64,000 bases of DNA from Okamejei kenojei (Eukaryota). The stretch's first letter is position 1. Each line of letters begins with the position of its first letter. Position numbers and translations under genes: made by a program. This document shows positions 1 to 12,194 of the stretch, one piece after another. The notes beneath the pieces were generated by a model. That model saw nothing but the letters and a program-made list of their open reading frames with translations, did not search any database and was not told the origin of the DNA. The stretch lies in assembly GCA_035221665.1 (NCBI GenBank), contig CM069174.1, positions 7,564,001 through 7,628,000 on the forward strand. The letters run 5' to 3'.

Positions 1-210
1 GCTGCCTTCCTGAGGCCCTAGGAAGTCTACGTGGGTGGGCAAGGGAGGGGAGAAAAGGCTGATTTGCATGATGGACGGGGCTGGGTTCACAACTTTGGAC
101 AGAGAAGGGCATTTCCCGAAGGAGCACCTCCATTGCCTGTGGGAGTAGTGATTGGAATGTGCCCACAGTTGGGAGGAGTAGTAGTTTGGTCAACAAGTGT
201 GGAATATGAG

Positions 211-294
211 TCGGGTTAATTGGATAGGTGCCAAATTGGCAGCAGAGGCTCATCGGGTTAATTGGATAGGTGTCAAATTGGCAGCAGAGGCTCA
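211..294. repeat. 2 x 42-bp tandem duplication
   Basis: tcgggttaattggataggtg(c/t)caaattggcagcagaggctca at 211-252 and 253-294, one mismatch. Confidence 0.95.
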
Positions 295-400
295 TTTGAG
301 CAAATAATAAATTAAGGTGATAGTTTTTAGAGTGCTCCCTCAATTCCAAGCAAGTGGCACCATCTTCTGGTAGAACCTACCAGGTTGCCATGCATTCATA

Positions 401-632
401 CAGTGCCCTCCATAATGTTTGGGACAGACCCATCATTTATTTATTTGCCACAATTTGAGATCTGTAATAGAAAAAAAATCACATGTGGTTAAAGTGCACA
501 TTGTCAGATTTTAATTAAGGCCATTTTCATACATATTGGTTTCACCATGTAGAAATTACAGCTTGTGTTTATACATAATCCCCCCCATTTCAGGGCACCA
601 TAATGTTTGGGGCACAGCAATGTCATGTAAAT
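401..632 (+). mobile_element. Single terminal inverted repeat of a Tc1-like (IR/DR-type) DNA transposon
   Basis: TA|CAGTGCCCTCCATAATGTTTGGGACA start. The cataatgtttggg motif recurs ~190 bp inside (599-611), the IR/DR layout. No partner end seen. Confidence 0.65.
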
Positions 633-1195
633 GTAGGAGCATCTTCACCAGAAGCACCATCATGGTTCAAGGCGGCACTTTCTCAAGGGTAACTACGGAA
701 GGGCAGTAAGTGCTGGCCAGATCCTCATAAAATTATTCCACTGCACACCTTGCACCCTTGCACCCTAAATATGAAGTTAACCTGCCTTCTGTAGTCTATC
801 CCACCTCACACCAAGCCCGATTTACCCATCACTTCAACGAGTCCTGCAATGGCTTGATTTTAACACTCTTATGTTCTAATCCCTCCATAGCCTGCCCTCT
901 CCCTATCTATGAGGATAATATGGAGGCTACACCACAAAGGTAAAGCATTCTCCCAATATGTCCAGTGCCATTGGTCATACTCAACATGCCTCCTTGCTCT
1001 TTAACAGCATTTCATTGTAACCTTGTGCTGCCCTGCAATCTTTGCATTCTACAAATGCTAAACGTGGATAGTCAATGGTTGGCATGGATGTGATGGGCTG
1101 AAGGGCCTGTTTTTGTGCTCTGACCTTTTCTCTACCACTCTCCACTTTAGAAATATCTTAAGAGCCAATGAGATTGATTATGGTAATAATAATAA

Positions 1196-1286
1196 TCCAC
1201 AAAATGTTGGAGTAACTCAGCGGGTCAGGCAGCATCTCCGAAGAGAAGGAATGGGTGACGTTTCAGGTCAAGATCCTTCTTCAGAC
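1196..1286 (-). mobile_element. Penelope-derived short element (3' terminal repeat with degenerate hammerhead-like core)
   Basis: Same sequence as the 3' end of the GIY-YIG fragments at 2135-2965 and 55712-56056. Confidence 0.75.
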
Positions 1287-1344
1287 ATAAATTCTTTGTA
1301 ATTCAATGTAAATTATTTTACATAGCATGGTGTTAAATTATGGT

Positions 1345-1902
1345 CTTCTTCGAGTCTGTTGCAATCTCAGATGTCGTTCTGCCAGTATCTGGCGCAGGTC
1401 ACAGCTGGTCGGGTCGGTTCAGCCAGGTCTTGGGGGCTGCACTGGGGGGCGTCGTCACACTCCAGTAGGTGGGACATTGTCTGTACTGCTCCACAGCTGC
1501 ATGTGCCTTCTGCCTGGTAGTTCCATGCTTTCATAAGTGCTTTGCACCTCCCCTGCTCCACTCGTAATCTGTTGAGGGTCTTCCAGGTTGGCCACAGGAG
1601 GTTGTGCCAGCTGGCGAGGCGTTCAGTCAGAGTGATTCCTCTCTCCATCCAGTCGTGGGCTTGTGTGTTGAGCTGGTTCCATTCATCTTTCCAGATGTTG
1701 GTCCTTGCTGTTTCTTTGGTTGTCTGGCGAGGTGGGACTGGCAAGAAACTGGCTCTGGATTTCAGTCGGGGTGGAGGTGCTGTGTGTCCGTGCAGGGGGT
1801 GCCTGGTATCGATCTCCTGTGCTCTCCGCTCGTCTTGGACGACGATGGATCGTCTGATATGGGGGGCGGGGGGGGCAAATACCAGCTAGGTATTGGTGAT
1901 GC
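1345..1902 (-). mobile_element. 5'-truncated I-group (Ingi/Vingi-like) LINE
   Basis: ORF 1367-1744 encodes WKTLNRLR...CSCG...HLLEC (C-terminal CCHC region). Short (GAA) tail. 9-bp TSD aattatggt at 1336-1344 and 1903-1911. Confidence 0.75.
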
Positions 1903-2134
1903 AATTATGGTGATGCAATACTAATTGCATGAGAAGATGTGCCATTTAGTTCGGCAAGCCTGTTTTACCACTGTTGGAGGGAAGGGCAGATTTAATGTTT
2001 AATAAGAACTTGAGGGGCATCTTTTTTCACACAAAGCATGTTAGATATATGGAATGAGCTACTGGAGGAGGTAGTTGATGCAAGTAATATCACAATGTTT
2101 AAAAATACTTGGACATGTGCCAAACACAGGCAGA

Positions 2135-2965
2135 TGGACAAAAATGCTGGATAAACTCAGCGGGTGAGGCAGCATCTATGGAGCGAAGGAAATGGACAAC
2201 GTTTCGGGTCGAAACCCTTCTTCAGGCCAAAGATCCTATTGCTATAGAATCTTTGCTTCAGACTGATGTGAGGGTGGGGGAGGGGGGGGGGGGGAAGAAG
2301 AAAGGAAGAGGAGGAGCTAGAGAGAGAGCTGAGAAGGGGAGGAGGCAGTAACGACTACCTAAAATTAGAGAAGTCAATGTTCATACTGCTGGGGTACAAA
2401 CTGCCCAAGTGTAATATGAGGTGCAGCTCCTCCAATTTCCGGTGGTCCTCACTCTGACCGTGGAGGAGGCCCAGGACTGAAAGGTCGGATTCGGAATGGA
2501 GGGGGGGGTTGAAGTGCTGAGCCACCAGGAGATCAGGTTGGTTATTGCGAACTCAGCGTAGCGATCGGCAAGCCTACGCTTGGTCTCACCGATGTAGATC
2601 AGCTGACATCCAGAGCAGCGGATGCAATAGATGAGGTTGGAGGAGGTGCAGGTGAACCTCTGTCGCACCTGGAAAGACTGCCTGGGTCCTTGAATGGAGT
2701 CACGGGGGGAGGTAAAGCGACAAGTGTAGCATTTCTTGCGGTTGCCAGGGAAAATGCCCGGAGAGGGGGTGGGAAGGGACGAATGGACCAGGGAGTTACG
2801 GAGGGAGCGGTCTCTGCGGAAAGCGGACAGGGGAGGAGATGGGAAGATGTGGCAAGTGGTGGGGTCACGTTGGAGGCGGCGAAAATGACAGAGGATTATT
2901 TGTTGTACGTGACAGCTGGTAGGGTGGAAGGTGAGGACTAGGGGGACTCTGCACTTGTTACGAGT
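2135..2965 (-). mobile_element. Penelope-like element 3' fragment (GIY-YIG endonuclease plus 3' repeat)
   Basis: ORF 2381-3037 contains RVPLVLTFHP...CYTC...SNLIYCIRCSGCQLIYIGETKRRL (GIY-YIG), followed by the ctgaaga...gaaacg terminal repeat. Confidence 0.9.
2228..2255. mobile_element. 28-bp palindromic hAT-type mini-element
   Basis: caaagatcctat-tgct-atagaatctttg flanked by 8-bp TSD cttcaggc/cttcagac. Same termini as the 60455-60877 element. Confidence 0.75.
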
Positions 2966-3304
2966 GGGGGGGGGGGGGGGGATGGGGAGAGAGAACATTG
3001 TCACGGGGTATCGAAGAAACCCTGGTGAGAGCCTCATCTACGGTGGGACAAGTGTAGATGGGACAGAGGGCCTGTTTCCACGTTCTATGCCACTGCTGAT
3101 CTGCGAGACCCACACACCAATTTTTCCCCAGATCTCATCTCTAGCCCGAAGGATCTGTTCAAGTTTAAATTAAAATACAAAAACAGGGATGTTAACAGAG
3201 TCTGTAATCTGGAATTCACTGCCTGCAAGAGCAGTGAAAACAGCACCTTCCAAAAGGGTTAAAAACGGGAAATACTCGGGTCAGGCACCATCCGTGGCGA
3301 GAAA

Positions 3305-3512
3305 AGCAGTATGAGGCCATTCAACCGTGGCTGATCTGATTGATAGGAGATTAATTGTAGCATTAAAGGGGGACGTTCAGCCCATAGAGTTTGCACTTCA
3401 TGGTAAATTGTCCCCTCGAAAGTGATCAAAGGTCATTGACCATGAAGTGCAAACTCTGGGGGCTGAACGTCCGTCTTCCTTTAATGCCACGGTTGAATGG
3501 CCTCATACTGCT
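3305..3512. repeat. Long imperfect inverted repeat (~208-nt hairpin)
   Basis: 3305-3331 is the exact reverse complement of 3486-3512; 3360-3404 pairs with 3439-3487. Confidence 0.9.
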
Positions 3513-3679
3513 CCTGCCCCTAATAATTCACCTGGCGTTAATTGGATTGAGAATACAATATGACTGTGTAAATGCGGGGTTTTGCTTCCTTGTGCAAATA
3601 CTGGAAATAAAATGCTGTGACTGTCTGCACTTTTCCTGCGTCTTGGGAGGGGTTGCTAGGTTTGTTGTGCGGAGTTGCT

Positions 3680-4560
3680 GGCCCTTGCCCTGCAGCAGGC
3701 GGCCACACCCGCTGACACACACACACACACACCCACCCTGCTGGTTCAATTGAGATCGTCACTCCACAGACAGACAGACAGAGCCGCCATGGAGGCCGTT
3801 CCCGCTGCCGATTCTGGTAGGGGGGCTCGCTCTTAACGTGCGTGAGGGAGAAGCAATGTCGAGCAAATCTCGACATTGTTGGCTTTTGTGTGCGCGCGTT
3901 AAGGTCAAGTGAAGCTACGAATTGTGTTTTGCGCGGGGGAAGGTCTGTTTTTACCGAGTTAAAACCGTGAGGGGTTTTGCGGGGCCTTTGGCGGGAGCCT
4001 GCGGGCGGGAGAGAGGGAGACGGGTGAGGTGATTTTTCTGCCGCTGTGGGAGAGCGGGGCCCGCTTCACTGCCCCCTCCTTTCCCCCCGCCCGGCGGTTC
4101 GAGGAAACTCGAGGCGCGTTTATTCGCGGGGTCTCTCGTTGTCGTCGTCCCCTCCCAATGCTCCGTTGCCGCCGCTCCGTCGTCGTCGTCCTCCTGTCCG
4201 CCATGGGAGACGAGCGGCGCAACTTCCGGCGCGCTCATCATGGCGGCTCCTTATGTGACGGATGAGACGGGTGAGTGGGTTCTTTGGCCGCCGCCGCCGC
4301 TCTCTTCCTTTCTTTCTTTCTTTCTTCCCCCTCCCCGGCTCCATAACAGCTCGGCCTCCAGAAGACTGTGCGGCGTGTGGCCTGCGCCTTCCCCGTTTGA
4401 ACTCACCATTGCGCTTCGGGCCGGGTCTCCAGCCCGCAGGCCGCCTCAGCTGGCCGGCTCAGAGAGATACGAAAGTCCGAGGCTTCGCTTGCGGCCTTGG
4501 GCCAAACAAAATGCCAATCAATCAACGTCTTGCCCAGCACCCGAAATTGTGAATCTTTTT
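3680..4560. promoter_or_regulatory. CpG island / PYM1 promoter, probably bidirectional
   Basis: GC- and CpG-rich relative to flanks. ETS/GABP-type ACTTCCGG at 4222-4229. YY1-type CCGCCAT/ATGGCGG cores at 3784-3790, 4198-4204 and 4240-4246, in both orientations. Confidence 0.8.
4240..4270 (+). CDS. PYM1: PYM1 (partner of Y14 and Mago / WIBG) coding exon 1
   Basis: atcATGGCG start encoding MAAPYVTDET-G; donor G|GTGAGT at 4271; phase 1 joins exon 2 in frame. Confidence 0.93.
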
Positions 4561-5179
4561 TGTCAAGCGTATTGATTAGTTCAAACTTAAATGCGTTTTT
4601 TTTACCGAGATTTATAATTAACTATTGGTCTAATTTCGAGGGTCTGGTCTGATGCAGGATTATTAACCCTAAAATGCCCTCACTCCACTCCATTTTGATC
4701 ATTTAAATCCTTTGTTTGAAATATAGTCGTTTTAAATGTTAGTATTTTTGAAGCTTGGTACGTCGGCGATTCACGATCCAAAATCCAATTAACTACGCAA
4801 GTGAGTTTGGTTTCCATTACACTTTTTTTGAAATTGTGATTTTTAATTTTCAGTGAAAATTGCACAATTGGAAAGGTTTTAGGATTTAGTTTTGGTTACC
4901 TCAACAGTAAGTCAATTGCAGTGGGTGGGCTTTTTCTTTCATTCATTCTGAATGAAAACCATGTACTTTTCTTGAAGGGAGGCAAAATTGGTGCATCAAC
5001 GCTCTTGTTTTTGTACATTTTGGAGAGAGGCCCTGGAACCAAGCTTGTCTCTTCAATCAGGAAGGGTGAGAGTTAATAGCCAAACGGTCGGTTTTGAGGG
5101 GGAAAAAAGTTATGACAAGAAAGACTGTAAAACACAACAGCCTATGTTGATTTGTGTTTTTTAAACAAAGTCTAAGAAT

Positions 5180-5880
5180 GGCAGGACCTACACGGTGAAT
5201 GGTAGGACTCTGGGGAGTGTTGTCGAGCAGAGGGATCTAGGAGTGCAGGTATGTAGTTCCTTGAAAGTGGTATCACTGGTAGGTAGGGTGGTCAAAAAGG
5301 CCTTTGGCACATTGACCTTCATCAGTCAGAGTACTGAGTATAGAAGTTGGGAGGTCATGTTACAGTTGTATAAGGCATTAGCGAGGCCACATTTAGAGTA
5401 TTGTGTTCAGTTTTGGTCACCGTGTTACAGGAAAGATGTTGTCAAGCTGGAAAGGGCGCAGCAAAGATTTACGAGGCTGTTGCCAGAGCTCAAGGGCCTG
5501 AACTATAGGGTGAGGTTGAGCAGCCTAGGACTTCATTCCTTGGTGTGCAGGAGAATGAGGGGTGATCTTATAGAGGCGTTAAAAACCACGAGAGGAATAG
5601 ATCGCGGAATGCACAGTCTTTTGACCAGAGGACATAGGTTTGGGGGGGGGGGGGGGGAGATTTAATAGGAACCTGAGTGGAAAAGGGGTACATAGATATG
5701 GTGGGTGGATGGAACGAGCTGCCAAAGGAGGTATTTGAGGCAGGTACGGCCATAACATTTAAGAAACATTTTGACAGGTACCTGAATAAGGACTAGTGCA
5801 GATGGGCCATCTTGGTTGGCATGGGCAAGTTGGGTCGAAGGACCTGTTTCCATGCAGTATAACTTTCTCTCTATGACTCT
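5180..5880 (+). mobile_element. CR1 LINE 3' fragment in PYM1 intron 1
   Basis: ORF 5195-5665 has RDLGV...LYKALARPHLEYCVQFWSP...RGDLIE; CR1-type 3' UTR follows. Confidence 0.9.
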
Positions 5881-7063
5881 AAAAATCTATTTATGCTTTG
5901 GTAACCATTGAATTGCCATTTCTTTGGCTAATGCACAAAACAGTTATATTGGCATTTGTGAATTACTGCTGCCTTTGGAATTGGAATCCTGCATTAGTGT
6001 TTACTTTTTAAGAGAGAGTTAGATTTAGTTCTTAGGGCTAAAGGAATCGAGGGATATGGGGGTACTGCTTTTAGATGATCAGCCTTGATTGTGTTGAATG
6101 GCGATGCTGGCTTGAACGGCTGACTGGCCTTCTGCACCTTTTTTTTCTCTACTTATCACAAGGACATCTTGTGTAACTGCTACTTCAGTTAAAAGTGTTG
6201 CCTTTGTTTCTGGGAGCATGTGCTTGAAAGTGGAGATCTGATATTGTACCCACTTCATTGACAACAATGGAACCCAAGGCAGGCGATTAGTATCTGTCTT
6301 GAGGCACAAAAGAAAGAGCTATGTTGAATCTATAAAGTAACGGTTCAGTAGCAACTAGGAAAGTTTGGTAGTACATCTGAAAAAAACTGTGGAGAGGGTG
6401 CACATCGGATGGTCTTGTGGATGAGCAGCTTCTCTTTGCATTGATGGAGAAGCTGGGGCTGTTAATCTGAGCGTGAAAGGTTTAGAGGAAACTTGATAGA
6501 GCGGTTTGCAATCATGAATTATCCAGCAAACAAGGGGATAAAGATGAAGTGTTTTGATTTGCAGAAAGTTGAGAATCAGTGCATGCAGGTCAAAAGAGAT
6601 CAGAAAACATGCAACAGAACTCTCGCACAGTGAGTAGTTAGGTGTTTGACTTTGCTGTGTAAAAGTATGTTAGTAGTACATTCAATTGTGGCTTTCCAAA
6701 AGGAATTGGATAAGTACTTTAAAGTATTTGCAGTGGTAGAGAGAGAGCCAAGAATGAAAATAATTGTATTGATCTTAAAAAAAAAGCAGGACATTAGTTC
6801 AATAGGCCAAATATGCTATCACAATCCTGATTGTAATCCTCTTCTCCCCCCCCCCCCCCACCACCACCACTTATTTTAGACATGACAGTACACCAAATGT
6901 TAATTGTTCTGAACTTTACTTCTGTGCCAGTTGCTGGATGAGAAGACAATTGTGTATTCCTTTGAGTATGTTGAAAATTTCACAATGAATAGAGTCCCCT
7001 CTTAAATCACAGCAGACTAAGCAATGTATGTATTCAAAACTTATTTTTCCTCAACATTTGTAG

Positions 7064-7157
7064 GAAAATATATTCCAGCATCACAGCGCCCTGATGGGAC
7101 TTGGCGTAAACCAAGGCGTGTGAGGGAAGGATACGTGCCTCCAGAAGAAGTGCCAGT
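7064..7157 (+). CDS. PYM1: PYM1 coding exon 2 (Mago-binding domain)
   Basis: Acceptor ttgTAG|GA; encodes [31 protein letters not shown], the PYM N-terminal motif; donor GT|GTAAGT at 7158. Confidence 0.97.
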
Positions 7158-10100
7158 GTAAGTAACATTTTAAGTGAATTAAATATTTTTCTGCAATATG
7201 TTATGGTGGGGTTGGGGTAGGGTATCCACCTTTTATCTCATTGTATGTTTGTCTGTTCCCCCATAGTTCACACCTACTGTCTCTAAGCACCTGCTGTCAT
7301 CCACAACAGTGGCACCAATTGTCACATCACAGACTGTTATCCTGTTGAGGTACCAAAGTATTTCAGCTATCTAAAATTTGGCTTTTTTTTTTACTTTCCA
7401 TCATATGTGACTATAATTTTACCGTTCTTGTAGTTGGTGAAGATACTAGCTTTGAGTTGGGAAGTGATTGGGTGATCAGAAAGAATGACTTCTTGGTGAG
7501 CCTGTTAAATGATCATGGTCCTCAACCACACACCTGCAAGTGTGGTTGTGGTGGTTTCACTTTCACTATTCCAACAACTGTCTTTGAGAAGGCTTCTTTG
7601 TTGCAAAGGTGACAGTGGATAAGCTGCAATGCGACCGTCCAGCTTGTGTCCCCAATTGTGTTTTGGCATCTTAATCGAGTGTAAAATGCTGACCATATTA
7701 AGTGTGTAACAAGGGGAAGAAATGTAGTCAGCATTCGACTATCTGGTTCAATTTTCAAAATGGCCGTTTGTGTTAAATTCCAAGGGTGTCTTCCTACACA
7801 TTTTACCTGTAGTTCACAGGTGCCTAAAATAATTGGATTTGCAGTACCAATCTAGAGTTAGCTTGGCATACCAGCCTGCGATCTTTAGTACCTTAGGAAG
7901 AAACGGAGGAAAGTAAAATTAAGTTGTTTCCTGTAAATTCCCAACACCTAGATCCCTTGTTGCAAGACATTTGAGGTGTGGCTAGCTCTGGGGTTTAAAA
8001 AAAAAGGTCAAGTCCAGAAACCTCAGTGAATTTTGTAAAGCCATTGTCCTTTGTTCTATTTGGCAAAACTGCTTAATTGGACACATTTAATTTCCACATC
8101 TAGGTTATGTTAACTAATCTTAGTGGTAGAAGCAATGTGGGTGCTGCAGGTAATCTGCATGCCAGGGCTAAGAAGGGCAAGGTTGGCCAGCATTCCTAGC
8201 AATTGCCAACTAGTAACTGAGATTGGGGAAAAATAAATGGATACAGAGCCAAAGCAAATATTGTATATTCAACATTTTGAAGCCCGAGGCAACTTTTCTT
8301 CAACTGCTACAGCCATGACACTTCAAAGAGCTGGTGTGGCCAGTTGATTTTTAAGAAGAATAGAAGGTTACCCTCTTGGCCATTCCTCTTGGCAAGCTCC
8401 AGAATAGCACTGAAAGCTTGCAGGCAGATTGCTTGCGTTTTTTTTTTTTTTTTTTGTCTTACGGCAACCAAGCATAGAATGGGAAAACCCCTCCTTTATC
8501 TCCCTCTTAGTTCTCTCGGAAGCAGGGAAAATTAACTTGCTGAGGTTCTCCGCCCAGAACTAACTGTGACATTCAGCACAAGCCCATATGGACTCTGCCT
8601 GCTGTTGCTAGTTTCCCCTCTTCCTGTTCTTACTACAGTCTAACCTGGAATGTAGTGTGACTAATTTCCACAAATTGTGCCTATATCCTCAAGTAATTCA
8701 GGAGCTCCAAAAAATATGCTTGGCAAACATTTGTAATTGGACACAAATGTTAATTATTATAAACTATGGCTAATTTTTATTTTGCAATGTACAAAGGTAA
8801 AGGGGTAAAATAGTTATTATTTTAAGCCTACTTCATTAGTGCAGGCATAATTTTGAAATGTGCATTACATGTATTGTGCAATCTTAGTGCAAAATCGCTA
8901 CGCTGAATTTCTAAGCATGTATCTACTGCATTATAAAAGGAGTCAGATGAGTGTTTATTATTTTCTCATGAGAAATAATGCACTCCTGATTCCACGCTTG
9001 TTCACTGCGCAAAGTAGGTTTATTGTGCAAAAAATGAAGGCTCATTCTTATAGGGATAACGACATATTTCCATCCAATGCAAGCCAACCTTTCCATCGGT
9101 GCACCACGCTCCCCCCTCTGTTCTCATCTGGAGACCTTCATAAGTGCACTTATTCATTGTGCACCTCTCGCAATAGTGTGCAAACGCCTTTTGTGTTAAG
9201 CTGTTATTAAAAATATTTCACACAAAAAATAGCATTGGACTAATACTTCCATCGTGAAGCCATGAGATTTGAATTCCAGTAAAATCACTTGGCACTGTGG
9301 ATATCAAAGCCAGCAAAAACTGCAGGACTTCATTGCAAATTGCAGCAAAGAAATGGTGTGAAGAAAGCACAAGAAAATGGGTGGTGGTTGGTGGAATGGT
9401 TCTCTGCTTCAAAGTTCTCAATGCAGAGTTTTAGGTGTCAGTCTGCCAATGATGGGGAAGTTTAAATGGTGGGTGACGATAGTGGACAAGGAAACTTCAG
9501 CTCGTTGGATTTTGGACTGCAGTTGGAGAGGATGCTTGTGTGGCTACGAAAGGTAGAGGTTGAGGGCATAACTGCAAATGGGATCATGAAGCTAGAGTTA
9601 GACTGTGGGGTAGGTTTAGCAGCCAGCAAGTGGGATGAAATGGGATTGGAGAAGAGATGGCTTTGGGAGGGGAAGTGCAAGGTTTATTTGGGGTGGAGGA
9701 GTGATCCTTTGGCAGAATTGGTGGGTTTTTTAAATGTAGGCAGGATTCTGACCCTTTGTCCTGTCATTTTCCCTAGTTGGTTTGCAGTGCAAAGTGTATG
9801 TGATGTGTAATGTAATAAATGCAGCATGTTTGAAGTCCTGAGACCATGTATTTAATTTCGTAGCTGGAGGTTTGTATTTGCCTCCTTTGATTTTAATTAA
9901 TATATTTGCTCCATGTGTCACTGCATACTTATACTGCCTTTCACCATGACCTGAATCTCAGTGCTGTTTATGGTATAATTGTAAATTGTCCCTAGTGTGA
10001 GTAGGATAGTGTTATGCGGGGATTGCTGGTCAGTGTGGATTCAGTGGGCTGAAGGGCCTGTTTCCGAACTGTATCTCTAAACTAAACCAACACCATGACT

Positions 10101-11021
10101 ACTGCCAGCAGCCTTTGATGAGAGAAACATCTTACCAGAGCTATCTTGGTAAGATGTTTATACCATTTATCACTACTCTCAGTAAAGCCCTATTCATTTC
10201 TGAATGATTTTAACAAAAAGTTTAATTATAAATATATTTTTTCCAATGTGCTCTCGCTCCTTTTCCATCAGTAGTTTTGGAAGACACCTCTTCCGCAGCA
10301 GGGTGCATGCAGAAACTATTGCCTGATATGCATTAACGTTTTCCCATGACTTCCACCTTGGAGCAGAAGCTACCTTTTACATATTACCAAAAGTTGGATT
10401 TACATACCAATAGATACAGCCCCTTTGTTCCAGGAAAAAATCCCATCTTTTTATTTTCCCTATTGTAGGATCTGATCTATAAGGGAACAATCTGCCCCTG
10501 TGACAACTTATTCAAATGGTCATGGTTCCTGTTAATAATTGATGATGTTATTCAGTTGAGAGGCATCACTGCCAAACCCGATCCTGTATTCATTTTTGGT
10601 GAGGCAGCAAAGCTGAGCAAACGGGAGATGTGATTTATCAGGTCCCATTAAGTAGTATGCCAAGGGCTCGTTGGGGAAGATAGTTTTTAATACATTGAAT
10701 GGCTTTGAGTCTTTTCTTCCCAACCCTACATTTATTGGAGAAATGGAGCTGTCACTCTTTGGAGGATGACTTGTGCTGCAAAGGTTCTGGGTTGTGCACA
10801 GGATCAGCTTGGGTTAGAGTTGTTCCCAGTTGGTTTGTTGACGAGGTCAGACACGGAACATGGGTCACTTCAATTCAGTGGGTTAGTGCCAGTGAAACAG
10901 TTGTTGGGCAAGAGCTGGGAGAGAAAGGGAGCGAGTCTGGGGAAATAGAACTTTGTTGTAACATAATCTGATTGTGTCCCAGTTCGCATGGCCTGTTATT
11001 ATCTGTATTTGTTGTGTGCAG

Positions 11022-11496
11022 GTACGAGAACAAGTTTGTGAAGTTTTTCAAAAGCAAACCAGACCTGCCGCCAGGCCTTAACGCAGATGAATCCGACAAA
11101 AGCAAGCAGCAACAGTCCAAGCAGGACGGAGAGCTAGCTGGGTTGTCCAAGTCAGCTAAACGCAACCTCAAGCGCAAAGAGAAGCGCAAACAGCAGCAGG
11201 AATGTGACGGCACCGCCGAGGCCGATGAGCTGAGCCAAACTTTGCAGAAAACCACCATTGCTGGTGGCAGTGGCAATCCAAGCCCGCTGGCGGCTGCTGC
11301 ACTTCAGGGGGACCACGAGGGAGCAGAGAAGGCAAAAAAGGTAAAAAATCTCAAAAAAAAACTGCGCCAAATCGATGAACTACAGCAAAAGCTAGACTCT
11401 GGTGAGATTAAGCAGGCGACCAAGGAGCAGCTGGAAAAGCTGAGCCGCCGAAAACAGCTGATGGAGGAGCTGGAGGATTTGGAACTGGGTTTATAG
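11022..11496 (+). CDS. PYM1: PYM1 coding exon 3
   Basis: Acceptor tgCAG|G; [19 protein letters not shown]...[16 protein letters not shown]...LEDLELGL*. Total CDS 31+94+475 = 600 nt (199 aa). Confidence 0.97.
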
Positions 11497-12188
11497 GAAA
11501 AATGTGTACGCTTCTAAGGATGCGGGGAGTGTCATGATTCCATATCCATGCCAAGTAACTGTCAGACAATAAATGGGTATGCATCCGACTGAGATCAAGG
11601 GTCACTCAATGGGACGTCAATGCCCATGCTGGTCTCTGTAATTGTGCGGCCTTTCAAGTTAGTTTTAACAGAACTGATGGAACTATTTTTTAAACACTCC
11701 TTCGTACGTGCAAGAAAGTGATATGGGATTAATGTACTGTACAGACTGTCAATAGACTGCATTTGGTCTTCGCTGTTACACCACGTGACTTTGTGCTGCA
11801 CCTCTCGCTGTGTGCTCGTCCTGAACCAGGGGCTCGCCATGCTGAAAAGTCTGGAAATTATCTCGGGTGCTTTCCACGCAATGGAGGAAAAACCAATCCA
11901 GTGTTTAATTCGCCAGCAATGGTTCTGGCACTTTTTTTCCCCCCACCTCCTTTCCAAGTTTCTCGTCTTTTGTGCATTGAATTTGGATTGAGAAGCAAAT
12001 TTAATGATGGGGAATAAGATGTATCATCAAATGGGAACATTGAAATCAAAATGACCCTCTTTGGGGTGCTATTGCACTAAATTATATCTGCTGGTTATCT
12101 TTCGAATTGTGCTTGCTCCCATTGTTGGGGGATAATTAATTGATATTTGTATGACTCCCATGCGGTGAACTCTTGTCTAAAGGTTTTT

Positions 12189-12194
12189 AATAAA
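12189..12194 (+). terminator. Candidate distal PYM1 polyadenylation signal (proximal AATAAA also at 11568-11573)
   Basis: AATAAA followed by U/GU-rich ttttctgtgtg; local composition changes downstream. Confidence 0.55.

Noticed and set aside
3951-4575. Several overlapping GC-rich ORFs around the promoter
   Set aside because: Expected in a CpG island. Only 4240-4270 splices in frame to PYM1.
10972-11021. N-terminal extension of ORF 10972-11496
   Set aside because: Intronic sequence upstream of the exon 3 acceptor.
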